64,000 nucleotides of DNA, from NCBI GenBank assembly GCA_963748825.1, contig CAVVKN010000003.1, positions 66,552 to 130,551 of the forward strand, in the 5' to 3' direction. The translations under genes and the position numbers were made by a program. Below, one piece after another: positions 60,224-64,000 of the stretch; the stretch's first letter is position 1; each line of letters starts with the position of its first letter. The notes beneath the pieces are model-generated. The model ran no database searches. It was not told the DNA's origin and saw only the letters and a program-made list of their open reading frames with translations. The stretch comes from Methanotrichaceae archaeon (GTDB lineage: Archaea; Halobacteriota; Methanosarcinia; Methanotrichales; Methanotrichaceae).

Positions 60224-60787
60224 ATGATGAAGCTCACCGCATACGTCTCCGGCAAAGTCCAGGAGGTCGGATATCGAGGCAGGGTCGTCGATATAGCCAA
60301 TGCGTTTGGCCTCAAGGGCATGATCGAGAACCAAAAGGATGGCCGTGTGAAGATAATAGCCGAGGGCGATGATGAAAAGCTCAAGTGGTTCGAGAGTGCC
60401 ATAAACATAAAGAACACCTTGATCTGTGTCTCGTCCATAGACAAGGAATACTCTCCAGCAAGCGGTGAGTTCGACGGATTCGGCAAGCTTGTGATCAAAG
60501 GCGAGACCGACACCCGCCTGGACATGGCAGCGGGCTATCTAAAAATTCTGATCTCCGCGGTCAACAATCTGAATGATAACCTGGGCGGCAAGATGGATCA
60601 GATGCTCGATCGGCAGGATCAAATGCTCGATAAGCAGGATCAAATGCTCGATAAGCAGGACGAGCTTTTGGTCGAAGTCAAGGATATGAATAGGAAGTTC
60701 GACAAGGTACTGGAAAAGGATATCGCTGAGTTGAAGAGCGATATGGCCGAGGTAAAAACTGCTCTGAGGGCAAAAGGAATTATCTGA
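60224..60787 (+). CDS. Acylphosphatase-domain protein with tandem QDQMLDK heptads
   Basis: SGKVQEVGYR...IEN...DGRVKIIAEG; 21-bp repeats at ~60596-60661. Confidence 0.85.
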   Translation: MMKLTAYVSGKVQEVGYRGRVVDIANAFGLKGMIENQKDGRVKIIAEGDDEKLKWFESAINIKNTLICVSSIDKEYSPASGEFDGFGKLVIKGETDTRLDMAAGYLKILISAVNNLNDNLGGKMDQMLDRQDQMLDKQDQMLDKQDELLVEVKDMNRKFDKVLEKDIAELKSDMAEVKTALRAKGII

Positions 60788-60808
60788 CTCGAGAGCAAAA
60801 AGGAACTG

Positions 60809-61247
60809 TCAGTCGAAGCTTATCACCGCGTTCAGGTCGCTTCTCGGAATCATCCACCCGTGCTCCAGCTTTCTGATCTTCAGCTTCTCTAGCGACTGCA
60901 CCAGCCTCTCCCGCGCTGCCGCAGCAGTTCCGTCATCTCGCAGCACCTTGCCCTCCAGGAGGGCATCCACCACGAAACAGGTCTTGGCAATGACCATGTC
61001 TTCCAGCTCTTCCGGGTTCATCCAGATGTCCTGAATGCGGGCCAAAGATCGGAAGGGCGGCAACTCGTCCCGTCTCTTCAGCTCCGGCAGGCCCGATGCC
61101 ACGACGATGAGATCGATATCGCTGTGCTCCTTGGCCTGGCCTCTGGCCAACCGAGCCGAAGAGGATGACGCTTTTAATATTAATATTATTATCAAATTTG
61201 CAGTCTTTCAGCCTGGCCAGATAGTTCTCTATCATCTCTTCAAACAT
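60809..61247 (-). CDS. Minimal nucleotidyltransferase (MNT antitoxin type), frameshift at ~61145
   Basis: Near-identical to 61964-62401; LFGSV.RG...SDIDL. Confidence 0.8.
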
Positions 61248-61262
61248 GCATCGATCCTTTAC

Positions 61263-61899
61263 TTACATGCCGATCCTGGCTTTAATTCGTGTGATATCCT
61301 CTTCCATCTTGCCCATCCGGTTAAGGTAAGACATCAGATCGGCAGGGAATCCCGCAATTCCATGCACTGCGCTCTCTGGATTCTCTAATCTCAGAGACGA
61401 TGGCATCGGTTGAGGATCGGACCTCCTCACTACATCCTCTAACTTATCGTAGTACGTTCTTGCTTTTCTCATTGATCCGTTTGCCAATCTCTGCTCTTGC
61501 TTTCCAAGCATCCCTTTAGCGCGCTCTATCATCCGATCTTGTCTTTCTTCTATTCTGATTATGGAGCTTATGCCTTTCCTCAGTTGTCTTGCCTGTAATC
61601 TAGCGGCAAAAACGTTAATGTCTTCTACCTCGTCCTCCATTCCTCAAAAGTGATGGCAGATATCACCGCTCTATCCGGTCTTTGCACTTGTACGATTTTT
61701 TGAAACTTTTCCACAGAGCCTCATTGCTCCCTCGAGGTAGAGCAATAACTGTCTGCAAGCCCTCTTCTACCCTGTTTTGTGCAAAAAATCCCCGCATTCT
61801 CAGGTCTTCCGCGGCTTCCAGGAGAAATGCCCGGTAACCCACATCGTGGACCTTTGCACCGGATATCTTGAGCGTGAGCTTCACATCAATCGTCTCCAT
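61263..61899 (-). pseudogene. Third acylphosphatase-heptad paralog, frameshifted and degenerate
   Basis: GAKVHDVGYR...AQN in ORF 61663-61947; ERQDRMIE...MLGKQE...RIKARIGM in ORF 61263-61640. Confidence 0.75.
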
Positions 61900-61963
61900 A
61901 TGTTTTTCGGCGGCTGAGATGATATAATTTATGTCCGCGGTGCGCAAGTGAAAAGCATCCTCA

Positions 61964-62401
61964 TCAATCGAAGCTTATCACCGCGTTCAGATCCTTTCGC
62001 GGAATCATCCACCCGTGCTCCAGCTTCCGGATCTTCAGCCTCTCTAGCGACTGCACCAGCCTCTCTCGCGCTGCCGCAGCAGTTCCGTCATCTCGCAGCA
62101 CCTTGCCCTCCAGGAGGGCATCTACCACGAAACAGGTCTTGGCAATGACCATGTCTTCCAGCTCTTCCGGGGTCATCCAGATGTCCTGAATGCGGGCCAA
62201 AGATCGGAAGGGCGGCAACTCGTCCCGTCTCTTCAGCTCCGGCAGGCCCGATGCCACGACGATGAGATCGATATCGCTGTGCTCCTTGGCCTGGCCCCGG
62301 GCAACCGAACCGAAGAGGACGACGCTTTTAATATTAATATTATTATCAAATTCGCAGTCTTTCAGCCTGGCCAGATAGTTCTCTATCATCTCTTCAAACA
62401 T
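61964..62401 (-). CDS. Minimal nucleotidyltransferase (MNT)
   Basis: VVLFGSVARGQAKEHSDIDLIVV motif. Confidence 0.88.
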   Translation of the reverse strand: MFEEMIENYLARLKDCEFDNNINIKSVVLFGSVARGQAKEHSDIDLIVVASGLPELKRRDELPPFRSLARIQDIWMTPEELEDMVIAKTCFVVDALLEGKVLRDDGTAAAARERLVQSLERLKIRKLEHGWMIPRKDLNAVISFD

Positions 62402-62786
62402 GGGTCCATCCTCACCAGGACGCTTTCCAGCTCCTTTGCGCCAAGCGTCGAGTAGAAGCTGTGAGCTGCAGCCAAAACCGTCTTTGATCTGCCCATTATC
62501 TCACTTGCTTTCTCTTCGTCGTAAATCTCCGAAGGCTTGATGATTCGGTCTCTTGTCTCCCAGCCATAGCGGGGCATGCTTCGCTGCTTTTCGATTGAGG
62601 CTGCATTGTCTGCCATAGCCAGCAGAAATCCAATCTGGTCTCTTGAAAGAGTCAGATCTCGCGTCGTCTCTGGATTGTTCAATACTTCCCCCACCAGCTG
62701 GTCCGATGGAAAATGCGTTTTTTCATGAAAGACTCCAAAGAAGTACAGGACTGATTTTAGAAGTTTTTCTGCACATTGCTGCTGTG
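62386..62786 (-). pseudogene. HEPN-domain protein lacking its N-terminus
   Basis: In frame upstream of ORF 62386-62694: AQQQCAEKLLKSVL...EKTH, then PRY; overlaps the MNT start. Confidence 0.72.
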
Positions 62787-62850
62787 CTCCTTGGCCTGGC
62801 CCCGCGCCACCGATCCGAAGAGGATGACGCTCTTAATATCAATATTATGG
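62786..62850 (-). pseudogene. Short third MNT fragment
   Basis: INIKSVILFGSV..GQAKEHS coding sequence, fused to the HEPN and cut off by the repeat upstream. Confidence 0.7.
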
Positions 62851-62950
62851 CTCTTTCCAGTTGTTAGTTAGTCGCTCTGTGCGTACTCTGTGAACTCTGT
62901 GTCTCTGTGGTTGAAACGTCGTTAGATACTGGTTACAACCAATGGCTGAC
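62845..62950. repeat. CTCTGTG-multimer repeat; composite of 54663-54730 and 54986-55065
   Basis: ttccagttgttagttagtcgctctgtgcg matches 54673 onward; gtcgttag..actggtta.aacc.aatggct matches 55031 onward. Confidence 0.85.
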
Positions 62951-63084
62951 GATATAAAGTTAATTCATGCGGAGCGAAAATGATCCCCTCTCACTTCTCA
63001 TCCGCTTGCAGCCCTCATCCTCTCGTGGTTCATGAGCAGGCAGCGGCTGCACAGCGAGCGCACCGTTCCATTGGCGAAGATGCG

Positions 63085-64000
63085 CTATCTTTCCGCATAG
63101 ACCCTCTCCGCCTGGTCGCAGATCTCCTCCCAGTCATACTTCTTGGCCTCTTCTATGCACCGCCCTCGCATTTTTTCCTTCTTTTGCAGCGTGCGGCAAA
63201 TTGCCTCGGCTAGAGCCTGCTCTGTTGGCTGGCAGACTGCGCCCGTTTCTTTCGTGACCAGATCCATCACCGCATTCATTCTGTGCTTGACGGTAACCAC
63301 AGGAAGCCCGCAGGCATTCGCCTCCAGGGCGGCCATGCCAAAGCCCTCTCTGGTGGAAGGTGTTGCGAATATGCGTGAGGATTTCATAAGGGAAAGTGCA
63401 TCATTGTAGTCTTCCAGAAAGCCGCAAAACTCCACATTTTTTCCCAGTTCCAGCTCCTGGACCAGGGACTTCAGCCTTCCCATCTCCGGGCCATCGCCCA
63501 CAATCAGGGCTTTTACATCCGGAAGATCCGCTTTCACAGTCTTCAACGCCTTGATGAGTAGATCAACGTTCTTGTGCTCGACCAGCCTTCCCACGTAGAT
63601 GATATCCGACTGCTTGGCCGACGGATGCACCCGGTTTATTCCCTGCCAATCAATGCCGTTGGGCACAACCTGGACATCTTTTGCCCCCAGGCTCGATAGC
63701 TCCCTTTGCGTCCTCACCGATACGGCAATGTTCTTCTCCGTCAGCCTGGCTGCAGCCCACTCAATGACCTGACCGGCCCTGCCTTTCTCTCCCAGGTACT
63801 CGCGCCAGTAATCGCCCCACACCTCATGCCAGGTGATGAAGAGCTTCTGTCCTTTAAGGCTGGAGAGCAGCTTTGCCGAAAAGCAGGATAAGTAAGGGAA
63901 ATTCTGGCAGTCGATCACATCGCAATCGGTGCGAAGCGATAGGAGCTTGCCCGCGAAAAAGGCGGCCTCGGAGATCGATCTCTTGCCGTTGCTATAAAGT
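63085..64000 (-). CDS. GT4 glycosyltransferase (5' end lies beyond the window)
   Basis: VVPNGID, VGRLVEHKNVD, REGFGMAALEANACG. Confidence 0.9.
   Translation of the reverse strand, partial: LYSNGKRSISEAAFFAGKLLSLRTDCDVIDCQNFPYLSCFSAKLLSSLKGQKLFITWHEVWGDYWREYLGEKGRAGQVIEWAAARLTEKNIAVSVRTQRELSSLGAKDVQVVPNGIDWQGINRVHPSAKQSDIIYVGRLVEHKNVDLLIKALKTVKADLPDVKALIVGDGPEMGRLKSLVQELELGKNVEFCGFLEDYNDALSLMKSSRIFATPSTREGFGMAALEANACGLPVVTVKHRMNAVMDLVTKETGAVCQPTEQALAEAICRTLQKKEKMRGRCIEEAKKYDWEEICDQAERVYAER

Overview
Archaeal chromosomal window, most consistent with Methanothrix/Methanosaeta (Methanosarcinales). This is inferred from gene content, GGTGA/GGAGG ribosome-binding sites and BRE-TATA promoters. 1-15.8 kb is housekeeping: iorA-iorB-phenylacetate-CoA ligase, an RHH regulator, AMMECR1, an iron-sulfur flavoprotein, an ABC-2 exporter, rubrerythrin, xseAB, cbiMNQO, larB and an EndoQ/TIGR00375 nuclease. 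15.8-28.1 kb is an accessory zone with a truncated TnpB, a complete IS1634-family element, secreted HEAT, fascin and metzincin proteins, and a TIR-protease chimera. 28.2-64 kb is a large surface-glycan locus: ugd-galU-uxs, a GT2/flippase/GT-C module, FkbM methyltransferases, multi-domain GT4s, wzm/wzt and gmd. It is interspersed with beta-rich secreted proteins and, at the right end, with acylphosphatase-heptad and MNT/HEPN cassettes bordered by a family of ACCRCAGAG/CTCTGYGGT repeats. The strongest candidates for undescribed biology are (1) a ~500-nt, densely base-paired, doubly pseudoknotted non-coding segment at ~17.92-18.42 kb, (2) the repeat-bounded cassette system at 54.0-62.95 kb, and (3) a pair of convergent sRNA candidates at 13.5-13.8 kb. 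Many genes carry single-base frameshifts that look like long-read indel errors, so pseudogene calls are uncertain. No tRNA, rRNA or CRISPR array was seen. All structures were derived by eye and no database search was run.
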